Origin: Vermamoeba vermiformis
Taxonomy: Eukaryota
DNA length: 64,000 nt
Direction of reading: 5' to 3'
Assembly (NCBI GenBank): GCA_045837725.1
Contig: JBEWZL010000276.1
Span: forward strand, 434,001 to 498,000
A program made the position numbers and the translations under genes. Within the stretch, counting starts at the first letter, position 1. Every line of letters begins with the position of its first letter. The notes beneath the pieces were generated by a model that ran no database searches, was not told the origin of the DNA, and was given only the letters and a program-made list of their open reading frames with translations. Positions 24,598-37,451 of the stretch are shown here, piece after piece.

Positions 24598-27500
24598 ATG
24601 TATATGGATAGTCAGAGTAATTATTAGTTCTTGAAGAAAAGCAGATGGCGCTCAGTTATGGCGCGAGCAATAAATCGTTCAATTTGATTTAATAATTCTT
24701 CTTAATTGAGATTATTCATTATAAATTATAATACGCATAATAGTGAATTTAAATAACCAATAGAAATTATTACAAAAAATATTTCTCATCAGATCGGTAT
24801 TAACAAACTTTGAAATAACTAGCCGCCGCTGATGACGTGGACGAGCAGCGTGAAATTACTCAAGAGGATTCATGGACAGTCATCAGCGCTCATTTTGATG
24901 AGAAGGGTCTCGTCGGTCAACAACTAGATTCGTTCAACGAATTTCTCACAAATACAATTCAAGAACTTATTGACGACTCACCACCAATTGAATTATATCC
25001 ACAAGCACAGCACATGCCTGGCGCGGAGCTCGATGAAGAGGTAAGAATAATTCTGGTCCATTTTTTTCTCAAACCAAAAAAATTATTGCTTGCCCCAGAA
25101 AATTCTTTATTTCCCAATTATGCTAGTAATATGACTATCGTTCATATGCGAGGCATTTTTAAAATTGGAATCTGATCTCAGATCCGTTCCGCGGTTATGT
25201 TAATAACTAATTCTCTTCCGTTAGGCTCCTCACTTTACAATTAAATTCCAACAAACATATTTGAGTCGTCCCAGTCACTCTGAGGCCGATGGTTCAGAAA
25301 AACACTTGTGGCCCAATGACGCTCGTTTGCGTAACTTGACTTACTCGTCAAAGCTGTACGTCGACGTGACACGAACTACACACAGCCATGCTGGTGAAGA
25401 ACAAGACAACGTGCAGATCCACTTGGGTGATGTACGTAGCATTTGCGCTGCTTGCAGATCTGACGTTCCTAACACTCTTAACAGATTCCTATTATGCTTC
25501 GTTCAAACATTTGCTTGCTGTCATCGAGCACGCGTACTGACGCCAGCGCCCTCGGTGAATGCGAGTTTGACGAAGGAGGCTACTTTATTATCAACGGTAG
25601 CGAGAAGGTGTTGATTGCGCAAGAGAAGATGAGCACCAATCACGTCTACGTCTTCAAACAACAAGCAGGCAAATACAGTCACATTTGCGAAATTCGATCG
25701 TCCATTTGGGGAGGTCGTTTGATCTCTACCATGTACGTGCGACTTTTGAAATCAGCCTCACGTACTGGCCGTCGACTTCGTGCTACAATTCCCTACGTCC
25801 GTGACGAGATTCCCATTGTGATTATCTTCCGTGCTTTGGGCTTTGTATCAGATCGCGACATTCTCGAACACATTTGCTACGACTTGAACGACGCGCGTAT
25901 GATGGATCTCGTGCGCCCTTCACTCGAAGAAGCACTTGTCATTCAGAGCAAAGACGTAGCATTGGATTACATCGGCAAGCGTGGTATTGCTGGTGTCGGT
26001 GCCGTGCGTGAACGACGTATCAAATACGCCAAGGAGTTGTTGCAAAAAGAAATGTTGCCGCACGTCGGTGTCAGCGAATGCGAGACTAAGAAGGCCTATT
26101 TCTTCGGCTACATGATTCACCATTTGTTGCAAGTCGCACTGAACAGAAGACAGCAAGACGATCGTGATCACTTTGGCAACAAACGTATGGACTTGGCAGG
26201 TCCCTTGATGGCCACTCTCTTCAGACAGTTGTTGGCCAAGTTGAACAAGAACTTACGCTTGAAGTTGCAACGAGTAAGTACTCATTCATAAGGCCTATAA
26301 TATTATGATACTAATAATTCTGTAGTCTGTGGATACTGGTGTGGATCTTAACTTGACTCAATCATTGAAGACCGAAATTATCACCAAGGGTCTCGCGTAC
26401 TCGCTTGGTACAGGCAACTGGACCGCTAACCGAGGTCAAACTACGAAGACAGGTGTCAGTCAAGTGTTGAACCGTCTCACCTTCGCTTCAACTCTCAGTC
26501 ACTTGCGCCGTATGAACACGCCTATTGGTCGTGAAAGCAAGTTGGCTAAGCCTCGTCAATTGCACAACACGCACTGGGGTATGGTCTGCCCTGCTGAGAC
26601 CCCTGAAGGTCAGATGTGCGGCCTTGTCAAGAACTTGGCTATGATGGCCTACATTTCCGTCGGTGCTACTGCCGGCCCTATTATGTCTTTCTTGGAAGAA
26701 TTTTCAACAGAAGATCTTGAAGGCATTACACCCTCTGAAGTGCCCACTGCTACCAAGATTTTCGTCAACGGCGCTTGGGTCGGTATTCACCGTAGCCCTC
26801 ACGAGTTGGTGAAGAACTTGCGACAAATGAGACGAACGGGAGATTTTCCTCACCCTGCTGAAGTGTCCATCGTGCACGACATCTTTGATCGTGAAGTGCG
26901 CATCTACACTGACGCCGGTCGTTGCTGCCGACCTCTTTACGTCGTCGAGAACCAACGCTTGAAGATCAACAAGGATCACATTGAAAAGCTTCACAAGCGC
27001 AACATCACCGAATACACCTTCTCGAGCTTGTTGCTTGAAGGTCTCGTCGAATACATTGACGGTGAAGAAGAAGAAACAGTCATGGTTGCTATGTTCCCGA
27101 GTGACTTGCGTCGTGCTCGTCGTGAAGAGAACTACGCCACGACATACACGCACTGCGAGATTCATCCTTCGATGATCTTGGGTATTTGCGCGTCAATTAT
27201 TCCTTTCCCCGATCACAACCAGTCCCCGCGTAACACTTACCAATCTGCTATGGGTAAGCAGGCTATCGGTGTGTACGCGACCAATTTCATGGTGCGCATG
27301 GACACAATGGCGCACATTCTCTATTACCCTCAAAAGCCGCTCGTCACGACGCGTTCCATGGAGTACTTGAAGTTCAGAGAGTTGCCTGCCGGTATCAACA
27401 CCATTGTCGCTGTCGCTTGTTACTCTGGTTACAACCAAGAAGACTCTCTGATTATGAACCAGTCTTCTATTGATCGTGGTTTCATGCGCTCCATGTACTT

Positions 27501-28662
27501 CAGAACTTACGTCACTGAAGAGTCACAAGAAGAGTTCGGTGGCACAACCATGCGCGAGACATTCGAGAACCCCAACCCTCAAGAGACTGCTGGCATGCAG
27601 CCTGGCAGTTACGCCAAGCTCGACGAAGACGGCTTCGCTCCTCCAGGCACACGTGTCAGTGGTGGTGACATCATCGTTGGCAAGACCATTCCATTGATGA
27701 TCAAGGAAGAACAAAAGTCTGTCGTGCTTCAGCGCAAGACTAAGAAGGACGCATCAATCCCGCTCAAGGCCAGCGAGCAAGGTATCATTGACAACGTCAT
27801 GTTGAGCACCAACCGCGAAGGCAACAAGTACGCTAAAATCCGTGTTCGTGCCATTCGTATTCCTCAGATTGGTGACAAGTTCTCGTCTCGTCACGGTCAA
27901 AAAGGTACTGTCGGTATTACTTACCGTCAAGAAGACATGCCGTTCACATGCGAGGGTATCAGTCCCGACATTATCATGAACCCTCACGCCGTCCCATCTC
28001 GTATGACTATCGGTCAGCTCGTCGAATGTTTGTTGGGCAAACTCTCGGCCATTCGTGGTGAAGAAGGTGATGCCACACCGTTTACTGATGTGTCCGTCGA
28101 AGATATTGCCACGTTGTTGCACCGTCACGGCTATCAAATGCGTGGTGCCGAGGTCGTGTACAACGGTCACACTGGCCGCAAGTTGGAGGCTCAATTGTTC
28201 TTGGGTCCCACTTACTACCAGCGCTTGAAGCATTTGGTCGACGACAAGATGTTCTCTCGTGCCCGTGGTCGTGTGCAGATCTTGACTCGTCAACCTGTCG
28301 AAGGTAGATCCCGTGGTGGTGGTCTGCGTTTCGGAGAAATGGAACGCGATTGTATGATTGCCCACGGTGCTGCCAACTTCTTGAAGGAACGTTTGTACGA
28401 TCAATCTGACGCTTATCGCGTGCACGTCTGCGACATTTGCGGCTTGATTGCTATTGCCAACCTGAAGCGTAACTACTTTGAATGCAGAGGCTGTCGAAAC
28501 AAGACAAAGGTATACATATTTATTAAGGTCTATATGTTAACTAACACTTGCTGATAGATTTCTCAAATCACGATGCCCTACGCTTGCAAGTTGTTATTCC
28601 AGGAACTTATGGCCATGAATATTGCTCCTCGTATGATGACCACTCTGCCCGAGGACGACTAA
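24598..28662 (+). CDS. RPB2: RNA polymerase II second-largest subunit
   Basis: [66 protein letters not shown], a C-terminal zinc ribbon and [11 protein letters not shown]. The first mini-exon (24598) is inferred from intron phase. Confidence 0.98.
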
Positions 28663-28888
28663 GTAGACATTGTGCTACAGTCCAGCTAAGTCCTAGTCAT
28701 TTCTTTTGTCCTATAATTTTGTTCCAACACTGTGAAAAGCGAAAAAAATCAAAAAATTGTGAAATTAATAAATAGGCGAGAATATCGCCACTAATTGTCA
28801 ATATCCATCGATGAGTGCCAATAGCTTTAATAGGTCCCGCATCCAATAGTTTAGCAGAAATTCTTGCAGTATTTTTAATTTTCCGCTC

Positions 28889-28902
28889 ATGACACGTGTC
28901 AT
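28889..28902. promoter_or_regulatory. Palindromic extended E-box ATGACACGTGTCAT upstream of F-box paralog 1
   Basis: Perfect 14-bp palindrome about 85 bp upstream of the ATG. It is conserved with its flanks upstream of paralog 3. Confidence 0.5.
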
Positions 28903-28983
28903 CAAACACAAAACGCAGTGCGCCCAACAAAAATATCCATTCATTTCCACTAAACAAGAAGAAACCACCCAGCACTACTCCTA

Positions 28984-30880
28984 ATGAGCGCAATTACCTC
29001 GTAAGATCCACACAGCAGATTCGTTAGGTACTAACTACTCTTGTCAGAACGGATCTTTACTCCAACAAGGATGCTCTTCTTTCAATAAGCACTTTTCTGT
29101 CACTCAAGCAGCTCAACTTATTGCGAGAGATCAGCAAGCAGTTCAATTCGTGGCTCTCTGATTTTTCAAGTTTTTCTTGGAAGAAACGAATTGAATTATC
29201 GTTTCCATCTTCATTCAAAGACGTTCTCAAAGAAGATGTGACGGATCAAATAACGAAACTGCGCAAGTTCGACACATTGGTAGATGCAGGTCATCAAGTC
29301 TCGTTCTTCTCGCTCTGTTCCTTGCTGGATGCTGGCTCTATCGAAGTGAACATGAAGTACCAAGTTCTCTTGGTCTCGTGCGCTATTTGTTATCGTTTAT
29401 AACAAGACAAGCGTCATGGTATTTGATGCTGTTGCAGGCAAAGATATCGCCCGAGTCAATTTCCCCGAAATGAAGTCTATCGACAGGATACTTTTTGACA
29501 ATAAGAGTGAGTTGTAGCATTTATTTATCGAGGCACAGCACTAATCCTCGTTACTCAGACCACAAGGTTGGCTTTGTGAATAACGAGACTGGCATGTTGA
29601 AGCTCTACGGACTTGAAGACAACGTGCTCAACTTCGAGGCAGACTTCACGTGCGATAAGTTAAAGCCAAGCCGTGGATTAATCCCTCAAATTTATGGTAC
29701 GATTGTATTACATTTTGCAACCTTGTACTAATTGTAACCAGGTGATTATATCATCGTCAGGCAAGAATATCCTGCGAAGTTAGCGTGGTACTCGTTGTCT
29801 TCAGGCAAGCAGGTCAAGGAGATTGACGTTCCTGGAGACGACGGCGTCTTCTTTGCGCCTTCAGAAATCGATCCGGTTATCTACATTAGTGAAACTATGG
29901 AGGAGGACTACGTCATCAATGCGGTCGATTGTACTCTGGAACACGACGAGGTTATCGAACAAGAATACAGTGGTTACTTAGGCATCGAGATGGATAACTG
30001 TGGTGATGGAGTTGCCGGCTTAAAGTTGATTGAGACCGAGCACGGGGCCGTACTGAACATCTATCTTCTAGGCACTGGCGACAGAGCCTACCGCGCCATC
30101 GACTTGGACGCTGAAAAAAAGGTCTTGTCGTTGAATTTTGACGAGTTTTGGAGCTACCAATCGATCAAGTACAACCCTGGTAGTAACTTCTACAGCATGA
30201 ATAATGGAAAAGGTATGTGATTGTACAACTAAATATAAATGATTTACTCATTTCGTGCAGGTGTGGTTGCAATCATGGACTCCAAAAAGAAGTACGACGA
30301 TGAGAAGTGTTACATTGAAGACAAGAAGAAGGCGAACAAATCTGCCGAAAACCCAAATGAAGACCATGAAGACGAAGATGAAGAAGATGAAGATGAGGGG
30401 TACTCCGACGAAGAGGACGAAAGCGAGGACCCGACTGAAGGCGCGTACTTCAAGTTCAAAGCTAAACTTAAATGGAGCAAGTGGCTCAACAAAGATCTGT
30501 TCACGGCCAAGTCTATCGTTGGCGGTCAGTCTCGTCAAGTATTCTTCTCGATCTCTCAGCGCGGCATCATTGGCTCAATCGACGCTGACATCAATGAGGT
30601 GTTTATCGCTGACAACACGATCATCGCCTTCACCGCTGCTGGTGACATCTATCGCGTCACATTGGACATGGACTTTGGCGATGGCGAAGAAGATGAAAAG
30701 AACGAAGACGAAGAGTCTGAGAGTGGCGATGACGAAGAAGAAGTTGAGCCCGAAGCTGGTACAAACAGCGACGCACATGACAACAAGAAGCGCAAGTCTT
30801 CTGAGCGTGACGATGATGATAGTGATGACGCACAAGAATCGCCGAAAAAGAAGCAACGAGTGGAGTGTTGCTGCAGTTAA
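28984..30880 (+). CDS. F-box-like protein, tandem paralog 1, with acidic tail, NLS and CaaX; one apparent +1 frameshift at about 29367-29370
   Basis: The spliced N-terminus is MSAITSTDLYSNKDALLSISTFLSLKQLNLLREISKQFNSW (F-box-like) and the protein ends PKKKQRVECCCS*. It has gttCTCTtgg where paralog 2 has gttCCTtgg. Confidence 0.65.
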
Positions 30881-31357
30881 AAATAACAAACCAGTAGAAT
30901 CGTGTGCCCTAATTTTCATCTTAATAAATTGATTTCAATTGTCATTTTCTGTGCTGCAACACCAAACGAAGCTCAGCAGTAGTACTGGAGATTAAATACT
31001 TCCAGCCGTTGTATAATATCGAGTTAATCAATAATTTAGGCCAGATTTGCTCAACAAAAATACTTCTCGCTCGATTTTTGCTCGCTTCTCGCGTAAAAAA
31101 TTACAAATATTCAAACAAATTCGAATTGAAACCAATCAATGGCTTTATGACCCATAGATACGTGTAAAATCTAAATCCAAATATTTTTCTTCGGTGGCGC
31201 TCTACTAACTCGTCAATAGCATTATTTAATTGACGGCTTGCATATTTCTTGTTTGGATAAATCTCACGTGCATTCTCTTTATGTAAAATCGGGGTGTACA
31301 ACGCGTCATAAAAACCATTTATTGAAAACTAAGGAACAGCTAACAAACATAATCTTC

Positions 31358-33323
31358 ATGGATACATTCGCCACTTCGTAAGAACATTACAGTTTCTTGT
31401 GGGCAGTAAACTAATTCATAATCCAGGCCGGATCTTTTTTCCAACAAGGACATACTTCTTTCAATCAGCACTTTTCTGTCACTCAAACAACTCAACTTAT
31501 TGCGAGAGATCAGCAAGCAGTTCAAGTCATGGCTCTCTGATTTTTCAAGTTTTTCTTGGAAGAAACGAATTGAATTATCGTTTCCAGCCTCGTTCAAAGA
31601 CGTTCTCAAAGAAGATGTGAAGGACCAAATGGCGAAACTGCGCAAGTTCGATACATTGGTTGACTCAGGTCATCAAGTCTCGTTCTTCTTGCTCTCTTCC
31701 TTGTTGGATGCAGCCACTGTTGCAGCGAACATGAAGTACCAAGTTCCTTGGGCACGTCACCAGTACCTTATCACCTACAACCAAACAGAGGCGTTAGTAT
31801 TCGATTCGTTGTCAGGCAGATCAGTTTCTCGAGTCAATTTCCCCGAAATGATATCGATCGAGACCGTACTTTTTGACATCAAACGTGGGTAGTAGTGATT
31901 ATTTAATACGCCTCCGGACTAATATATGTGTTGTAGATCGCAAAGTTGGCTTTGTTAACCGAGAGAATGGTACGATGACGCTCTGTCACCTCGAGAACAA
32001 TGAGCTAAAGTTCGACGCCTACTTCACATCAAATTATCTCAAAGTCCAAAAAGGTTGCGAGCTGATTAAGCAAATATATGGTACGTTGCTATTTATAATA
32101 TTCTTCGGCCTGATTACTTCGTAAGGTGATAATATAATCGTCCATGGTGACTATCAGCTGGTGTGGTATTCGTTACTGACCAACGAACCTGTGAAGCAGA
32201 TCGATTTAACTTTTTACGGCGTATATGTAGTTGCATCTGAAGTCGAGCCAGTGCTTTTTGTTAGCGAGACCGACAACGACACGGCTGAATTCTACACCAT
32301 TCACGTTGTTGATTGCACGCTCCAATCGACTGAACCAATGACCAAGTTGTACAGCGCTAACTTCGAAATCGAGTACGAGAATTGTGGGGATGGTGTTAGG
32401 TGGCTTGGAATTGATCGAGACTGAGCATGGGCGGATGCTAAATATCTATCAGCTCGGCACTTGTGACAGAGCTTATGACGCTTACGACATCTGTACCGAT
32501 AGAATCGTAGACTGGCTACACTTCGACTATTCTTGGCGGGGTTATCGGTCAATACGATACAATCCCGGTAGCAATTTCTATAGCGTCAAGAAAGGATCAC
32601 GTACGCCGGCACTATATCAATTTTTCTAACGCGTTACTAAGGGTAACTTCTCTTAGAACTTGCTATCATGGAGACTGACGAAGAGTATCAAGACGACGTG
32701 TGTGATTCAGTAGCCACTATAAAGAGACGGATGACGATGAGCTAAGCGAAGAAGAGGATTATTACAACGGGTCTGAGGATCCGTTGCAAGGTGCATACTT
32801 CAAGTTCAACTCCAAAACTGAAGGAAGCAAGTGGCTTAACAAGGATCTGTTCGCGGTTAAGACACTCGACAAAGTGAACAAGAAAGTTGAGCCAGAACCT
32901 CTGCCTTCAAAAGCCCGCAGAGGATCCAAACGAGGAAGACTTCAAAGCAGGGTCAAAGTGGAGCCGGAAGTCGCAGAAACGAAGTCTCGTCTAGCGTTCT
33001 TCTCGATCGCTAAGCGCGGCATCATTGGTTCAATCGACGATGACATCAATGAGGTGTTTATCGCTGACAACACGATCATCGCCTTCACCGCAGCTGATGA
33101 CATCTATCGTGTCATATTGGACATGGACTTTCAAGACAAAGACAAAGATGAAAAGAACGAAGACGAGAATGTGGCTGACGTGAAAAACGAAGATCGACAA
33201 GTTGAAGAGGAAGGGAGCGGGGCGAACAATAAGCGCAAGATTTCTGAACGTGACGATGATGATAGTGACGACGTACAAGAACCACCGAAAAAGAAGCAAC
33301 GAATGGAGTGTTGCTGCAGTTAA
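31358..33323 (+). pseudogene. F-box-like tandem paralog 2 with two apparent frameshifts (pseudogene or assembly error); ends in CaaX
   Basis: Same exon layout as paralogs 1 and 3. There is an extra base at about 32398 (GGT GTT a GGT GGC TTG GAA) and a missing base at about 32706. It ends PKKKQRMECCCS*. Confidence 0.55.
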
Positions 33324-33406
33324 CAAATAAGCAAAAACTTGGCAAAGCATCTTGGCAGCGATTTTAGAAGAAATTCTCACGCAGATATTTTTGATAATTC
33401 CGCTTA

Positions 33407-33418
33407 TGACACGTGTCA
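33407..33418. promoter_or_regulatory. Palindromic extended E-box TGACACGTGTCA upstream of F-box paralog 3
   Basis: ccgcttaTGACACGTGTCAccaaac compared with ccgctcaTGACACGTGTCAtcaaac at about 28883. Confidence 0.5.
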
Positions 33419-33481
33419 CCAAACGTAAAAAAGCTGCCCAAAAACAACAATAAACCCAATTTCCAAACAACAGTAACACTC

Positions 33482-35293
33482 ATGGCCTCACGAGCAACTA
33501 CGTAAGCGGCTTTTAGATCGTAAATTACGAGCGAAGCTAATTTTGGTGCTTTTAGGAAGGAGCTTTACAACAATAAGGATGAATTGCTTTCCATTAGTAT
33601 TTTCATGTCGCTCAAACGACTGAATACACTACGAAAGACATCAAAAAAGGTTAATCAGTGGCTCTCTGATTTTTCAAGTTTTTCTTGGAAGAAACGAATC
33701 GAATTATCGTTTCCTTCTTCTTTCAAAGACGTTCTCAAAGAAGATGTGAAGGATCAAATGACGAAACTGCGCAAGTTTGATACGTTGGTTGACTCAGGTC
33801 ATCAAGTCTCGTTCTTCTTGCTCTCTTCCTTGTTGGATGCGGAAGACATTGAAGTGAACATGAAGAGTCAAATCCCTTGGTCACGCCACGTGTATCTTAT
33901 CAACTACAACAAGACGGAAGTGGCGGTTTTTGATTCATTGTTAGGCAAAGTTTGGTCTCGCCTTAATTTCCCCGAAATGAAGTCGATCGACACCGTACTT
34001 TTTGACACCAAGAGTAAGTTATAGCGTTTACCCTTTAAATTGTGGTACTTAAAATATTACATAGAGCATAAGATAGGATTTTTAAACAAAGAATCAGGCG
34101 TCATGAAGCTCTACGTGCTCAAAAATAATGAGCTGAAGCATGAAGCGGACTTTGAGTCGTACATTCTAAAATTCAATGGCTTAATTAGCCAACTTTACGG
34201 TACGGCAAAATCTTAATAATTTCTAGCGATACTAATACAAACTTAGGAGATTACGTTATCGTGAATGACGGCTCAAAGCTGGTGTGGTATTCGTTATCGA
34301 CCAACACAGCCGTGAAAGAAGTTGCGCTACCAGAGGACGATAATGGCGAAGGCGTGTTTGCGTACCCGTCAAGCATTGAGCCCGTGGTATTTGTTACCGC
34401 ACCTGCAGGAAAGGGCTACACAATTCATCGGGTTGATTGCACACTTGAAGATGAAGAACCGATGCAGGAATTGTACAGATCTGGCTCGGGCATTACTTAC
34501 GACAACTGCGGTGATGGCCTCGAGGGCGTTGATTTGGTCGAGACTGAAAACGGACGAGTGCTGCAGGTTTATTTGCTGGGCACTGGCGACCGCGAATTCC
34601 ATGCTTATGACCTTGACGCCAATAAGCGACTGACAGCGCTGCACTTCGACGAGTTCTGGAACTACGAATCAATTAAATACAATCCTGGCAGCAATTTCTA
34701 CAGCCTCAACGATGGCCCAGGTCAGTACTTTCAAACAAACTAATCAATGTAACTAGTATTGACGTGGTTTGACAGTTCTTGCAATCATGAACGCCGTCGA
34801 AAAGTACGAGGACGAGAAGTGTGATGTCAGACGCAAAAACCTTGCAGATGAAGATCCCGATTACATATATTTAGATTCCGATGAAGAATCGTATGAGTCC
34901 GAGGAAGAGAAAGAAGATCCAACGAAGGGCGCGTACTTCAAGTTCAACTCGAAAATTCAAAGAAGCATGTGGCTCAACAAGGATTTACTCACGGTCAAAT
35001 CAGCCAAGAAGCTTCGATTCTTCTCGATCGCTCAGCGCGGCATCATTGGCTCAATCGACGCTGACATCAACGAGGTGTTCATCGCTGACAACACGATCGT
35101 CGCCTTCACCGCTGCTGGTGACATCTATCGCGTTACACTAGACGCCGGCACCACTGAAAAGAAACGCAATAGCAAAGCGTCAAATACCAACAAAACTAAG
35201 AAAGGGAGCTCAAACGTGAAAACTGCGCCGGCGTCAGAAAGCGACGAAGATGAAGAACCACCGAAGAAAAAGAAAAAGGTTCAAGCTCGTTGA
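33482..35293 (+). CDS. F-box-like tandem paralog 3 (intact, NLS but no CaaX)
   Basis: 5 exons splice in frame. It shares WLSDFSSFSWKKRIELSFP, NCGDG, IKYNPGSNFY and FFSIAQRGIIGSIDADINEVFIADNTI with the other paralogs and ends PPKKKKKVQAR*. Confidence 0.78.
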
Positions 35294-35584
35294 GGACGAC
35301 AAATTTTGAAGTTTTTTTGTTGAATTAGCAGTGCGAACGCAACTTTTCTTTAATGTCTGTTCCACACTGCCATAAAAGCGCTGGCTAGTAAACACTCGGT
35401 GCTTTTTTGCGAACATAGTTTATTTAATATTTATGAAAACGAGCACAAGTGCGATTGATTGCACTCGTCAGTGTTCTAAACAAGTGACATCATCGTGCGA
35501 TCCAGGCCATTTATTGAACAATAAAACCTGTCAGTTATCCGGACAAGCATTTTAAAATTTGTTCAGTATTTACCCGAATAAATT

Positions 35585-37304
35585 ATGGTGAGTTTCATGA
35601 AATATTTATCGACTATAACGATTTGTAAAATATTTTTGGTGATTTTCTAAATTTTTTCTGCAGGATCTCTTGCCACATGAAATAATCGACCTAATCTTAT
35701 CATATTTGGACGATAAAAATGCACGCATTGCACGATTAGTGAGCACCGATTGGTTTCGTCGGATAAACTACTCGAAGTTCGTCATCTACTTCGCATCCTC
35801 GGCTCTGTTGCCTCAAATCGTTGATCGGTTATCAAAATACCAACACCCAATTGAATTAACACTGCTAAAGAGTGTTCACTTTACAGACAGCGATATATTA
35901 GAGCACATCCCTCGGTTAACGCAGCTCAAAGCATTTGCCTTATACGATAATTCGTCAAGCAGCAGGAAAAGGAAGCTAGAACCCGAAGAATATCTCAAAT
36001 TATCAACATTAACCAACTTGGAGACATTGTACATTGGTCCTGACCGCGTTCTGCCATTCAAACTGCTGCAACATTTTCCGCGAATGAAGCACTGCGACAG
36101 TCCTTTAGACACTGATGAAACAGACGAGTTCGTTCAATACATCGCAACTCACTGCCCGCACTATGACACCTTCTACACTACAGACACAGCCTTATCACTG
36201 CTTCCCGTCTCAGTCACAGAACTGAGTTTGCACCTCATCACCGACCAGCCCCTCAACGAGCTGTCAAGATTAACAAGGCTCAAGAGACTTACACTTCCAT
36301 GCGTCGAGGAAAGACTGGTGGATCTCAGACACATCACGTGGTTGGAGAGTTTGACCACTGACACGGCGGATGTGACAGGACTGGAGTGCAGCCGTCAGCT
36401 GACAGAATTGTTTGTCCAATCAAATGTTCAAACTGGCGTGTCTGCGCTACTAGACAGCTTGGCCACGCTACCCAAGGTGCAAAAATTAGGACTGTATGCT
36501 GTCGACAACGTGGCACTCCCAAGCCTGTCACAATTAACTTCGCTGTGGATCACTGCCAAAAGTGCTGATGTCGCGCCATTCCCTACGTCACTGCAAGATC
36601 TAAGTTTGAATTTGAGCAAAGACACACCATTCGAATTATCAGCTCTCTCGCACTTGGTCCATTTGACTCAACTTCAGGCAGCTCTTTGTAGCACAACGGC
36701 TATTGAGCCACTCAACGGCTTGACAAATTTGATGGAATTGAGCCTGAGCATGCAAAACAATGAACGAATCTCATCGCTGTCAGGCCTTCATACTTTGACG
36801 AGCTTAGTTCTAAAGGGCGAGATCAACCCAAAAACTATCACGTGCCTGACAAATCTTGGGGCATTAGAATTTGATCGCTCGCCACTGAATCAAGAAACGT
36901 CGGAGAACTTACAGTATTTGACAAACTTGACTTCTTTAGTTATCAAGAACCCTGTGCCTACCACTGACATTTTCGATTGCACAATACTAGCAAAGCTGCC
37001 TTTGGTTAGGCTGTGCACAGTCAAGCTGGACCTTAAGAACTATTGGGCTGTATTGTCCACCCTCACCACGCTCGAGAGTCTGACCATTGGACCCTCACTG
37101 GTCGAAGCTGAGGAAGATGTACTCCTTTTGACTTCATTAAGCAATTTAACTCAGTTGCGAGTCTACAAGCCAGCAAATAACGTGACTTGTGTTCACATAA
37201 CAGCATTGACTACACTTCAAGACCTCTCATTGTACTTCTCACACGGCTTTACATTCAGCGAACTCTCATTGAAGTTGACTCGTCTCTTGTATGCGTACAT
37301 ATAA
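35585..37304 (+). CDS. F-box plus leucine-rich-repeat protein
   Basis: ATG, then intron 35588..35663 (gtgagt..cag), then DLLPHEIIDLILSYLD..ARLVSTDW (F-box), followed by many LxxLxxLxxLxL repeats. Confidence 0.85.
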
Positions 37305-37451
37305 ATTTAGGCGGCGAGCTCTTCAATTTCGTGTTAAGTAGTCGCGCGATACGTGAATGATACAACTGACATCCATACTTATTCGAATAAAACGTTCCGT
37401 CTTTTAACCATTTGGAGTGTAATAAGTTGAGTCCCTGCTTTATTGGCCTGA

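Noticed and set aside
26704-28425. Long minus-strand ORFs (153 and 223 aa) inside RPB2
   Set aside because: They are antisense open frames produced by codon bias and carry no recognisable motifs.
30255-30932. 225-aa overlapping K/R/T/M-rich ORF
   Set aside because: It is a frame-shifted reading of the GAA/GAC-rich acidic tail of F-box paralog 1.
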